Of a DNA stretch of 64,000 bases, positions 1 through 9,248 are shown one piece after another; the first letter of the stretch is position 1, and each line of letters starts with the position of its first letter. Source of the stretch: an uncultured Peptococcaceae bacterium. GTDB lineage: Bacteria > Bacillota > Dehalobacteriia > UBA7702. A program made the translations under genes and the position numbers. The notes under the pieces are model-generated. The model had not been told where the DNA came from and ran no database searches. It worked only from the letters and a program-made list of their open reading frames with translations. The stretch is taken from the NCBI GenBank assembly GCA_964637365.1, contig CAZWWH010000003.1, forward strand, positions 13,418 to 77,417, given 5' to 3'.

Positions 1-32
1 GCACCTGCTGTCTGCGGCCGGGTTATGCACTT
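1..32 (-). promoter_or_regulatory. Ribosomal protein L10 leader (partial, runs off the window toward rplJ)
   Basis: Minus strand reads CCGCAGACAGCAGG downstream of rplA, after a TTGACA-17-TAAAAT promoter at 68..40. Confidence 0.65.
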
Positions 33-90
33 GTGGTAGATTTTAACACAGGGCAGGCCCTATGTCAAGGGTTTGGCGACGAAAAAACCC

Positions 91-792
91 TTATTTGCCC
101 AAAGGTTTCTGGGGATTGATGCGGATCCCGGGGCCCATGGTAGTGGCGACCACGACATTTTTCATGTATTGGCCTTTGGCTGCGGCGGGTTTCGCTTTGA
201 TAAGGGTTTCGATCAAAGTGGTGTAGTTGGCCAGCAATTTTTCTTCATCGAAGGATGCTTTGCCAATGGGAACATGAACATTGGCGGCTTTATCCAGACG
301 GTATTCCACTTTACCGGCTTTGACTTCTTCCACGGCTTTGGTAACGTCCATAGTAACGGTACCGGTTTTGGGATTCGGCATCAAGCCTTTGGGGCCTAAG
401 ATACGACCGAGTTTCCCCACAACGCCCATCATATCGGGAGTTGCGACCACAACGTCGAATTCAAACCAGTTTTCTTTTTGAATTTTTTCCACCATATCCT
501 CGGCGCCTACAAAATCTGCGCCGGCGGCTTCAGCTTCTTTGGCTTTTTCCCCTTTGGCAAAGACCAACACGGAACGGGTGCGGCCGGTGCCGTTGGGAAG
601 AACCACAGCGCCTCTGACCTGTTGGTCAGCCTGGCGGGGGTCAAGATTGAGACGTACGGCCAATTCTACGGTTTCGTCAAATTTGGCGGTAGCGGTCTTT
701 TTAATCAATGCGAACGCTTCCTGAGGTTCATAGAGAGTTTCTCTGCTGACCTCTTTGGCGGCATCTTCGTATTTTTTGCCATGCTTGGGCAT
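91..792 (-). CDS. rplA: 50S ribosomal protein L1
   Basis: [18 protein letters not shown] and [16 protein letters not shown] motifs; follows rplK. Confidence 0.99.
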   Translation of the reverse strand: MPKHGKKYEDAAKEVSRETLYEPQEAFALIKKTATAKFDETVELAVRLNLDPRQADQQVRGAVVLPNGTGRTRSVLVFAKGEKAKEAEAAGADFVGAEDMVEKIQKENWFEFDVVVATPDMMGVVGKLGRILGPKGLMPNPKTGTVTMDVTKAVEEVKAGKVEYRLDKAANVHVPIGKASFDEEKLLANYTTLIETLIKAKPAAAKGQYMKNVVVATTMGPGIRINPQKPLGK

Positions 793-799
793 TTCATTA

Positions 800-838
800 C
801 CTCCTATGTGGTATATTGGACTTGCGTCCTCCCACTGT
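800..838 (-). promoter_or_regulatory. L1-binding mRNA site upstream of rplA
   Basis: GTGGGAG-GAC-loop-GTC-..-ACCAC hairpin next to the RBS GGAGG. Confidence 0.65.
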
Positions 839-855
839 TTTCAAAAAAGACGAGA

Positions 856-1281
856 TCAGTCGGCGACGTTGATACCCATGCTGCGAGCGGTACCTTCGAT
901 GATACGCATGGCGGCATCGATATCGGCGGCATTCAAATCAGGCATTTTTTCCTGGGCGATCTCTCTGATCTGGTCGCGACCCAAGGTAGCAACTTTTTTG
1001 CGATTGGGTTCGCCGGAAGCCGTTTCAATCCCAGCAGCTTTTTTCAAGAGAACTGCCGCGGGGGGCGTTTTCAAGATAAAAGTGAAGGAACGGTCTTCGT
1101 AAACAGTAATTTCCGCAGGGATGATTAACCCATTTTTGTCCTGGGTTTTTTCGTTAAACTCCTTGCAGAAGCCCATGATATTGACCCCATGCTGACCCAA
1201 AGCGGGACCAACAGGGGGAGCCGGATTGGCCTTACCGGCGGGAATTTGAAGTTTAATCACCGCCATAACCTTTTTGGCCAT
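856..1281 (-). CDS. rplK: 50S ribosomal protein L11
   Basis: [34 protein letters not shown]. Confidence 0.99.
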   Translation of the reverse strand: MAKKVMAVIKLQIPAGKANPAPPVGPALGQHGVNIMGFCKEFNEKTQDKNGLIIPAEITVYEDRSFTFILKTPPAAVLLKKAAGIETASGEPNRKKVATLGRDQIREIAQEKMPDLNAADIDAAMRIIEGTARSMGINVAD

Positions 1282-1302
1282 CCTAATACACCTCCTCTAA
1301 CT

Positions 1303-1340
1303 ATATGTGGTATAACGAGACAATGTCTCTCCCACCAACA
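1303..1340 (-). promoter_or_regulatory. L1-binding mRNA site upstream of rplK
   Basis: GTGGGAGAGAC..GTCTC..ACCAC hairpin, same architecture as the site before rplA. Confidence 0.6.
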
Positions 1341-1444
1341 AAAGCAACCGAAAGGCTGCTTTGTGGAGCGAAACAAAATCCTCTGAAACGAGGATCATAG
1401 CAGTTGGCCCTATGCGCCAACAAAATTAACAGCCGAACAATGGC

Positions 1445-1969
1445 TTACATTTTTTCCACTTGATAAAATTCCAGTTCCACAGGGGTTTCCCTGCCGAACA
1501 TTGATACAGAAACCCGCATCTTGCCCTTTTCGGGGAAAATTTCCTCAACGATACCGGGTAGATTTTCAAAAGGACCTTCCTTCACGCGGACGCTTTCGCC
1601 CTCGGAGAATTCCACCTTGATGCGGCCTTCAATGACGCCCATTTGTTCCAAGATGGTCTGGGCTTCATGTTCTTTCAGCGGCACGGGCTTATTGCCTGTC
1701 CCCACAAAGCCGGTAACGCCGGGAGTATTCCGCACGACATACCAGGAATTATCCGTAAGGATCATTTCCACCAAAACATAGCCTGGGAAAACTTTACGTT
1801 TTACGACCTTTTTCTTACCGTCTTTTACCTGGATTTCGTCTTCCATAGGCACGACAATGCGGAAGATGTGGTCCTCCATGTTCATGGATTCCGCTCTCCG
1901 CTCCAGGTTTGCCTTAACCTTGTTTTCATATCCGGCATAAGTATGAATGACGTACCATTGTTTTTCCAT
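1445..1969 (-). CDS. nusG: Transcription termination/antitermination factor NusG
   Basis: WYVIHTYAGYENKVK, FPGYVLVEM and C-terminal KOW domain FGRETPVEL. Confidence 0.99.
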   Translation of the reverse strand: MEKQWYVIHTYAGYENKVKANLERRAESMNMEDHIFRIVVPMEDEIQVKDGKKKVVKRKVFPGYVLVEMILTDNSWYVVRNTPGVTGFVGTGNKPVPLKEHEAQTILEQMGVIEGRIKVEFSEGESVRVKEGPFENLPGIVEEIFPEKGKMRVSVSMFGRETPVELEFYQVEKM

Positions 1970-1995
1970 GTGATTAAACCTTCCCGTTTATGGGC

Positions 1996-2241
1996 TTATT
2001 TGAATAAGCTCATAAGACCTTCCAACCCTAAAGTCAGGATGGAATCCACGATCCATAACGCCAGTCCCACCACAAAAATGGTACCCAACACGATACCTGT
2101 ATAGGTTATCATTTGTTTCTTGGAGGGCCAACGCACTTTCTTCAATTCTGCCCAAACGCTGCGGAAAAAGGTTTTGACTCTCACCGTGAATTTGGGTTTG
2201 TTTTTCTTTGCCACAGCAGTGGTTTGTTTCGGTGCTGCCAT
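1996..2241 (-). CDS. secE: Preprotein translocase subunit SecE
   Basis: ELKKVRWPS followed by a TM helix; lies between rpmG and nusG; start could be the GTG at 2250. Confidence 0.95.
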   Translation of the reverse strand: MAAPKQTTAVAKKNKPKFTVRVKTFFRSVWAELKKVRWPSKKQMITYTGIVLGTIFVVGLALWIVDSILTLGLEGLMSLFK

Positions 2242-2274
2242 AGAAGTCACTTCCTAACTCAATCCAAGGGTGGA

Positions 2275-2424
2275 TTATTTGGTTTCTTTATGAAGGGTAT
2301 GGGTCTTGCAATGAGGACAATATTTCTTCATTTCAAGACGATCGGGATTGTTCTTTTTATTTTTGTCGGTGGTGTAATTTCGATTTTTACATTCCGTACA
2401 AGCCAAGATAATACCAATACGCAT
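2275..2424 (-). CDS. rpmG: 50S ribosomal protein L33 (Zn-binding C+ form)
   Basis: [17 protein letters not shown]...[17 protein letters not shown]; RBS AGGAGG. Confidence 0.98.
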   Translation of the reverse strand: MRIGIILACTECKNRNYTTDKNKKNNPDRLEMKKYCPHCKTHTLHKETK

Positions 2425-2761
2425 AACGCACCTCCTATAAAACATAATGAGGACAGAGTACCTACAATAGAATAACACAGCGCCAAGGGGCTGTCAAGTA
2501 TTTCCTTTGATTTTATTTTTCATCCGCAATACTTTGCGGACAAAGAAAACGAAAACAATCTTTTTATCAAAAGAGCGGACCATAATTACCAAATTGGCAA
2601 TATGTCTCCCAAGATTCCGCAGAGAAAATCACGGCAATGACCGCATCGTCAGCGGCGCTAAAAGAGAAGACAGCTAGGGCCCCCAAAGCCGCAGCCAAAG
2701 TCCGAGCAGATAAGAATCATCCATGCGATCAATTTTTTCACAAGCCCCCATCCTTTTCTCC

Positions 2762-3424
2762 TTACAGGGCGTAGAGGTGAAATCCCGTGACTTTGTTATC
2801 CTCCAGCGTTACGGTATATTGAGCGAACCATTCAGAATTTTCATAGCCGCAGCCAAAGGAGATATAATGAAAAAATTCATCCTTGACCTCGGTAGCCTCG
2901 TAAAGCTCCGTGATATCGTAGGTATCATCCTGCTGGACAGGAACGGTCACACGATACAAGGTTTCGCCATCGCGTCCCTCCTGGGGAAATTTGGCTTTGA
3001 CGGCTTCCAAGGAATCCCCCACAGAAATCCCCCGCGGACCCACAGCATCCATGGCAGTAGACTCTACCATAAAAAGATACCATTGCTCCCGTTCCAAGGT
3101 GTTGTCAAAGGTACCGAAATAATAGCAGCTGTCGCCGGCCTCCACAATGTATTGCTGGCTGGGCATAGCGCCGCCGGCGGCCTCGTCCATCTCCTCATAG
3201 GTCGCGGTGACGGCGTCCCCCAAAAGAGCTTCCGCTTCCTGGGCTGTAGTGGTTCCTAAACGCATTCCCTGAAAGAAAAAGTCCTCCTGCTCCAAACCCC
3301 AGGCCACAGCAGTGGATTCAGTTTTCACTTCTTCATGTTTCTCTTGATTAGCGCCGCAGCCCGACATAGCAACCAGCAGCAGCGCCAAGACCCAAACGAA
3401 ACCTTTTTTTATCATCTTCATCAT
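2762..3424 (-). CDS. Hypothetical lipoprotein
   Basis: MMKMIKK, a hydrophobic stretch and lipobox AMSGC; acidic body; the ORF-track upstream extension probably belongs to a separate broken gene. Confidence 0.65.
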   Translation of the reverse strand: MMKMIKKGFVWVLALLLVAMSGCGANQEKHEEVKTESTAVAWGLEQEDFFFQGMRLGTTTAQEAEALLGDAVTATYEEMDEAAGGAMPSQQYIVEAGDSCYYFGTFDNTLEREQWYLFMVESTAMDAVGPRGISVGDSLEAVKAKFPQEGRDGETLYRVTVPVQQDDTYDITELYEATEVKDEFFHYISFGCGYENSEWFAQYTVTLEDNKVTGFHLYAL

Positions 3425-4289
3425 TCTTCCCCGTTCCATTGCTCTGCTCTTCATATAAATTTTTCCGCCATAGTAGCGAAAGATCCGGCCCCGGTCATCC
3501 ACAGTGACCGCATCCCGTTCCCTGGCGCCGCCGTCGGTGACATAAGCCATATTGGTCTGAAATCCCAAATCGAAGGCTCCGGGCTTGCGGTTAACAGACA
3601 AAAAGCAGTCCCTGCCAAACTCCGCCGAGGCCATATGGCTGGACCAGCAAACCTCCTTATCGTTGTAGGTATCGGCGTCAATGGGCTGCCATTGGGAAGT
3701 ATCGCCCACCCTTAAAGCTTCCTTCCGTTCCTCAGGGCTCTAACTCTCTCCCCGCAAGAATTCGCCCCTTTCATCATAGGCCAGGAAATAGAAATCATCA
3801 TCCTGAATTAAGGTTTCCAAAAATTCCCCAGGATCAGTTAAAGTAACAGCGGAGTATTCCTTGGCGACAACAGGATACAACAAATCATAAATGGCCTCAT
3901 AGGCGCCCTCTTCAATGCGGTAAGTCTCATTCCCCGCCAGCTGTTCCACGGTCTGAACGGAAAAATCCCAGATCACCCATGAAAAATCGCTGTCCCGCAC
4001 CAATGCCAAAGACAGAGGACTCTCCCCATGGGGGGCAAAGGCCACCTCATAAAGCTCATAAGGCTCATAATCTGGCCAGGTATCTGTCTGCCGCCGCTAG
4101 GTTGGCGCACCTTTTGAGCGGTAGCTTCATCAGCGGCGTGGTAATAGGTCCCGAGAAAATATCGCCGCCAAAGACCATCTCTCCTCCCTCAATGGCAGCC
4201 AACTGGGTTTGAGGAGAAACCACATAGCCAAGCTCCCCACAGGCAGTTGCTAACAGCGGTGTTATCATGCACAGCATGATTATTTTCAA
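3425..4289 (-). pseudogene. Fragmented lipoprotein-like gene
   Basis: Lipobox-like start (LLATAC) at 4289, then protein-like acidic fragments in different frames (4065-4289, 3740-4045, 3425-3709). Confidence 0.45.
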
Positions 4290-4426
4290 AAATCACTTCA
4301 TTGTTTCTCACAAAACAGAAAAACCACGGCAATGCAGGCACTGCCGTGGCGGAGACGCCCAAGCGCCTCATTCTTTTGTTCCTTAATCTCTTCGCAAAGC
4401 CCCTCAACGGACGATACGAAAATATT

Positions 4427-5365
4427 TCATTTCTTATTTATATTATATCCGTCCCCATCAAAACTGTCAACGATTTTGCAAAGAAAATCATAGTTTGATA
4501 GAAGAAGTTCATTGGCGCAAAAATACTCGCTGTGGATGCGGCAGCGGTCTAGAAATTCCCACCATTCCCGAAAGGTGCTTTCCCGCACGCCTTCGCTCCG
4601 TACCACCTGGTCAAAGACTATCATGGCGGCGGTGAGATCATGGATGACAGGGATGTGAAGCTTCTTTTTTCTGGAGCCTTTCCCCACTACCTTCATGGCT
4701 GCCAGTCGCTCTGATAACACTCGGTTGGGCAAAAATCCCTGGCGGGGCATCATGTTATTGAGCATGGCGTTGTTGTGGGCCGCGGCGTTTCGCAAATATT
4801 TTACCGGTTGGAGCAGCGGGGCCACAGGGGACTCCGGTGGGTTCTGCCTATAATAATAAATAAAAAACGTCACAAATTCCCCAAAAGACAGAATCTCCGT
4901 AAGATTCCAAAGAGCCGGTTCTTCCAAAAATCGGCGGTATAAAAAGGAGGAATAGGGACTGTTTTTCTCCGCCATTTTTGACAGCTTGCGAAAAATATAA
5001 TTGTGTTTTTTTAAAAAAGATTCCACAATGGCGTAGCCGTCGTCCGTCTCATTGGCGGAGAAATCCCGATTGATCTGGACCTTCATAGAATGCTCGATAT
5101 TAAGGCACATATCCAGGGCCAGCTTGCGGAAGAGACCGTCCAGGATGGCCAATTCCTTTAAATAAGCAAATTCCAAATTCACGTACTGGCCGGTTTTTGG
5201 GCCGGTTCGATATTTGGTATAGTTTTTGGCAAAGGTTTTGATTTTAAAATATACAGTGTTTTCCGTAATGTATGTTTCCGCCTCGGCCTCATCCATGATG
5301 GTGAAACCGATGCCTTCGGCCTTCATCAGGTCAATTTGGTCGGAAATGGTCAGTTTTTCCTGCAT
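4427..5365 (-). CDS. Abi_2 (AbiD/AbiF-like) HEPN-domain abortive infection protein
   Basis: LTISDQIDLMK.EGI start, YLKELAILD..FR...L..CL.IEHSMK, W...EILSFGE and HEPN motif RNAAAH. Confidence 0.88.
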   Translation of the reverse strand: MQEKLTISDQIDLMKAEGIGFTIMDEAEAETYITENTVYFKIKTFAKNYTKYRTGPKTGQYVNLEFAYLKELAILDGLFRKLALDMCLNIEHSMKVQINRDFSANETDDGYAIVESFLKKHNYIFRKLSKMAEKNSPYSSFLYRRFLEEPALWNLTEILSFGEFVTFFIYYYRQNPPESPVAPLLQPVKYLRNAAAHNNAMLNNMMPRQGFLPNRVLSERLAAMKVVGKGSRKKKLHIPVIHDLTAAMIVFDQVVRSEGVRESTFREWWEFLDRCRIHSEYFCANELLLSNYDFLCKIVDSFDGDGYNINKK

Positions 5366-5643
5366 GACGCCGCACCTCTTATTTGATATCTTTATTGTAG
5401 CAGAGGGCAGGAGATTTTTCAATGAAAGAGAAAAAGATTCGGGAAACAGCAGGGAATTTTCGAAAATTCAGCGAATATTGCTATATAATATGGTAGAAAA
5501 AGAATGCTTTTCAATCATGGAATGCCAAGATTAGGCGGACGCTTCGGGGAAGGATTGAACTGTACAAAGCAGTACGTGAAAGTCTTACCTGGAGCCGCCA
5601 ACAACGGTATCAGCCCTTCTTGGCAGCAAGGAAAGGAAGATCT

Positions 5644-6387
5644 ATGAATCAATACATATACCCCGACCATGACGACGCCCTTACAGTAGAGATGATCGCT
5701 CACGAATCCAATGACCATTACTGGAACGCTTCTGAGGTGCAGGTGCTGTCCTACGCTAAGGCCAGGCTGAAAACCGTAAAGGCTGAAAATATGCTGGATT
5801 TGGGCTGTGGCATGGGGCGTTTATTGCCTATTTTTGCTCCCTACACCAAAAATCTTCTGGGAGTGGAGCCGGACGAAGAACGCTGCCAAGCGGCTATGAC
5901 CCAGGCAATAAGAATTCCTAATGTTAGAGTCTGCCAGGGTACGGTAGACGACGTCTGCGGCCCCTTTGACGCCGTAGTCATGAGTCATGTGATCCAGCAC
6001 ATTCCCACGGACTTAACCTCACACATGTTTCAGCGTCTTGAGGAAGTAATGGCGAAGGGAGGATTACTGATTCTCACCACCACCTTCACTGGCCAGGAAA
6101 AGGATTATTTTACCAGAGAATTCTCCGTCGATGGAAAACGCCAGACCGTTTCTATCACTCAAGAAGAATTTGACCGCTGCCAAGAAAACGGTGTGCTGCC
6201 GGTACGGTACTTTGCCCCGAAAACCATCGAAACCCTCTGCAATGACTACGGCTTTCATATCGAAAAAAAAGCCTGCTACCATTTTACCGACGCAGGGATC
6301 CATTCCCCGGAAAATGATGCCGACCGCAACGAACAGGGCGATGTCCAGGGCGCTAGAGATATTCTCTATCTTATCATAAAGGACTGA
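5644..6387 (+). CDS. Class I SAM-dependent methyltransferase
   Basis: MLDLGCGMGR motif I and FDAVVMSHVIQHI; RBS AAGGA. Confidence 0.88.
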   Translation: MNQYIYPDHDDALTVEMIAHESNDHYWNASEVQVLSYAKARLKTVKAENMLDLGCGMGRLLPIFAPYTKNLLGVEPDEERCQAAMTQAIRIPNVRVCQGTVDDVCGPFDAVVMSHVIQHIPTDLTSHMFQRLEEVMAKGGLLILTTTFTGQEKDYFTREFSVDGKRQTVSITQEEFDRCQENGVLPVRYFAPKTIETLCNDYGFHIEKKACYHFTDAGIHSPENDADRNEQGDVQGARDILYLIIKD

Positions 6388-6392
6388 CTACC

Positions 6393-7646
6393 ATGGATAC
6401 AACCAATAATACTTTTTCCGACCGCATCAGCGGCAATGTGGCATACAACTACTTTTTCACTGCGGGGATCCCCAAAAACATAAAAAGGGAGGATGCTGTC
6501 AACCGCTTAAAAACCACTGTGTCGCGTAATTTCAAAAGCTATTGCTTTGAGGACGCCCCCGAAGCTCGAGAAGAAACGGCCTTTGCCGACATTGCTCTGG
6601 CCCAGGGGTTTCTCCATGGCGACGGACTGCCCTTCCCCTGCTACCGCATTTTGCTGAAGGATGTGTCCCTTACCAGGAACGACATTCATATTACAGATTC
6701 GGCGATTCTTTTGACCTATTATCACGACGCCAATATTGCTCAAATTTCCTTTAATCTGCGGTTTGAGAACGCTGATACTGAAACGCTGATTTTTATGCGC
6801 CATATGTTCGGCAACGGGATGAAGTTCCACGACGGCCACGGCGGGGACATTTCCCTGCAAGAGCTTTACGCCGCCCTTTTGGAGCGGCTGTCCCTCAGCG
6901 GTGAGGATTTGGAGCAGTCTTATTTGATGGAGATCAACCAATGGGGCGACTGGGACAACCCCCAAGAAATCATTGAGCATCACAGCCGACGGCTTTACGG
7001 TATCATGAGCGGTGATGAGGGCTGGGGGTATGTCCCCAAAAAATTGGCCAAAGAACGCATCCAAAGCCAGTGGTCCAGCCGGGATTTCGTGCGGTTCATC
7101 GTATTCGGCAACAGCTTTTTGCTGCTGAACCTGAACCGAGGGCCTTATTTCCAAGAATATCTGGCCCATCAGAAGGATTTCGGCACCACCTTTTACGGCG
7201 GTTTGAATCCCTATTTCGCCATGGATTCCGCCATAGCCGGCGTCAATCACGGCATTCTTTTTGCCCTGGAAATGGCCATGGTAACAAAGACCATCACTGA
7301 CCGCACCATGAACCACCACGAGGCTTACCAACGAAGCCGCACCAACGATTTCAGCAAGGATATCCGCAAAACGAAGGACTACCGCAGGGAGCTGATTTCC
7401 ACCTTGAACCGGGTGGAGCACATCGCCATGACGGAGTTGGGAGAGCTGGAACGCATCGTATTGGACAGCCAGCGCATTACTCCCGTGATCGAAAAGGTGA
7501 AATACCTGCTGGAAATGCTGGAATCGGAGCTGGATTTGATGTATCAGAACCGCACCAATACCTTAGTGACGATTCTAACGGTGGCGGGGCTGATACTCTC
7601 GGTTATCGGCGTACTGTACGCCCATTGGGATGTCTTCGGATTATGA
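6393..7646 (+). CDS. Hypothetical protein with long C-terminal helices and a terminal TM segment (CorA-like architecture)
   Basis: 417 aa, 5 bp after the methyltransferase; ends ..QNRTNTLVTILTVAGLILSVIGVLY. Confidence 0.7.
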   Translation: MDTTNNTFSDRISGNVAYNYFFTAGIPKNIKREDAVNRLKTTVSRNFKSYCFEDAPEAREETAFADIALAQGFLHGDGLPFPCYRILLKDVSLTRNDIHITDSAILLTYYHDANIAQISFNLRFENADTETLIFMRHMFGNGMKFHDGHGGDISLQELYAALLERLSLSGEDLEQSYLMEINQWGDWDNPQEIIEHHSRRLYGIMSGDEGWGYVPKKLAKERIQSQWSSRDFVRFIVFGNSFLLLNLNRGPYFQEYLAHQKDFGTTFYGGLNPYFAMDSAIAGVNHGILFALEMAMVTKTITDRTMNHHEAYQRSRTNDFSKDIRKTKDYRRELISTLNRVEHIAMTELGELERIVLDSQRITPVIEKVKYLLEMLESELDLMYQNRTNTLVTILTVAGLILSVIGVLYAHWDVFGL

Positions 7647-7667
7647 ACTGACTATTTTTCCATACAG

Positions 7668-7696
7668 AAAAGCCACGGAATATTCCGTGGCTTTAT
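7668..7696. terminator. Bidirectional intrinsic terminator
   Basis: AAAGCCACGGAA-TA-TTCCGTGGCTTT between convergent genes. Confidence 0.85.
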
Positions 7697-7721
7697 TGTT
7701 CTATCGGGATTCTATCGGAGT

Positions 7722-9248
7722 TCAGCAGGTAGGATATGCTTTTTGGTCATCCTGCCAATGCTCCGGCAATGTGGCATATACCTCTTCGCACAGAGCGGTC
7801 ACCGCCGTTTCTTTTTCCTCTGCCAGCGAAAGAAGGTCGCTCTGAGCATAGCAGCCTTGCTGTTCCAAATGGGTTAAAACCTCCTCAAAGGTGTTGACCA
7901 GTAACGCGTTGAGCCTGCGGTACACCGCAAAAGTCGCCTCGCCCTCTTGATACGAGGTGGACCAAAGCGGCGTCATATGGCGGAAAAGACCGTTGGTCAG
8001 CTCTCGCATAAAGGCGGCCAGCTGCCCCACTTGCTCGTTCTCATAAGGCAAGGTCACATGATAGGGCTTTGGCGTGGGCAAATCCTTCAATTCCCGATAA
8101 CACTGGGAGCCCTGGAGCAAAATTTGGTTATGGTAAAGCAGGTTGGCGGAGATTTTCACATCCTCCAACAGCTCGTTCCGCTTCAAAAACTCAAAATTGA
8201 CGCGGATATCCTCGGGCGTGGAATCAGGCTGAAACATGATAAAACCGATATTGGGCGTTAATCCCGCCTGGCGCAGGATCTTTAATGCTCGCTCGTTCTG
8301 CTCCACGGTGGTATTTTTCTTCAGACGATCCAGACAGCGCTGGCTGCCGCTTTCCAGGCCAATGAGAAGTTCCTCAAGCCCAGCCTCCCGCAAAGCAGAG
8401 ATAGTATTTTCGTGAATATCATTGACGCGAGCCTCAATACCGAATTTGATATGGAGAGGCTTCAGCTTCGCCGCCATTTCCAAAGCGCGGCACTGACCTT
8501 TCACGCCTGGGCCGAAAAAATTGGGATCCACAAAATAAAAACGCCGGTTCCCCGTTTTTTCAATGATTTCCTCTATTTCACGGCAAATGTAATCGACGCT
8601 GTGGCCGCGCCAACGGCAGCCTTCGCCGTAGTAATCATTGATATAGCAGAAAGTACAATGGTTGTAGCAGCCGCGGCTGCCCTCGATATTCACTTCGCCA
8701 ATACCCAGCAACGATTCGCTGTAATGAGGGAAGGGCAGAGTATCCAAATCCTTCACCACTTTGGCGGGATTTTTTACCACTTGGCCGTCGGCGCAGCGAT
8801 AGGCCAGAGACGGAACCTCCGTGGGAGGAAGCCCCTGGGCCAGGCCAAGGAATGCCGATTCAGGCTCCCCAACCACCACGCCGTCAAGGCCTTGAATAGA
8901 CGCGAGAAGGTCGTCATAGGCAAAGGAGGGATAAAACCCACAGGCCACAATGAGGGCGTCGCATTCCTGGGAAAGCTCCTCAAGAAATCGGCGCAGCGCT
9001 TGATGGTCGTCCCATTGGTAAACCATGTGGACGCCAATCAGCTGAGGACGAAACGCCAGTATTTTCTCCTTGATTTTCTCATAAGTTTCTTTCCCCAGGA
9101 AGCCGTCGGCAAAGGCTACCTCATGCTCCCGTTCCAAAAGCCCCCGCAGAGAAGGAATCATCAAACAGGAGGACAACGGCGTATTAGCGATATCGTTACA
9201 GTAAGCGTCACCCAGGCTGCGGGGATGCTCCATGAAAAAAATTCTCAT
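7722..9248 (-). CDS. bzaE: B12-binding radical SAM protein, BzaE
   Basis: N-terminal cobalamin-binding domain and SRGCYNHCTFC; sixth gene of the bzaAB-cobT-bzaCDE order. Confidence 0.8.
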   Translation of the reverse strand: MRIFFMEHPRSLGDAYCNDIANTPLSSCLMIPSLRGLLEREHEVAFADGFLGKETYEKIKEKILAFRPQLIGVHMVYQWDDHQALRRFLEELSQECDALIVACGFYPSFAYDDLLASIQGLDGVVVGEPESAFLGLAQGLPPTEVPSLAYRCADGQVVKNPAKVVKDLDTLPFPHYSESLLGIGEVNIEGSRGCYNHCTFCYINDYYGEGCRWRGHSVDYICREIEEIIEKTGNRRFYFVDPNFFGPGVKGQCRALEMAAKLKPLHIKFGIEARVNDIHENTISALREAGLEELLIGLESGSQRCLDRLKKNTTVEQNERALKILRQAGLTPNIGFIMFQPDSTPEDIRVNFEFLKRNELLEDVKISANLLYHNQILLQGSQCYRELKDLPTPKPYHVTLPYENEQVGQLAAFMRELTNGLFRHMTPLWSTSYQEGEATFAVYRRLNALLVNTFEEVLTHLEQQGCYAQSDLLSLAEEKETAVTALCEEVYATLPEHWQDDQKAYPTC

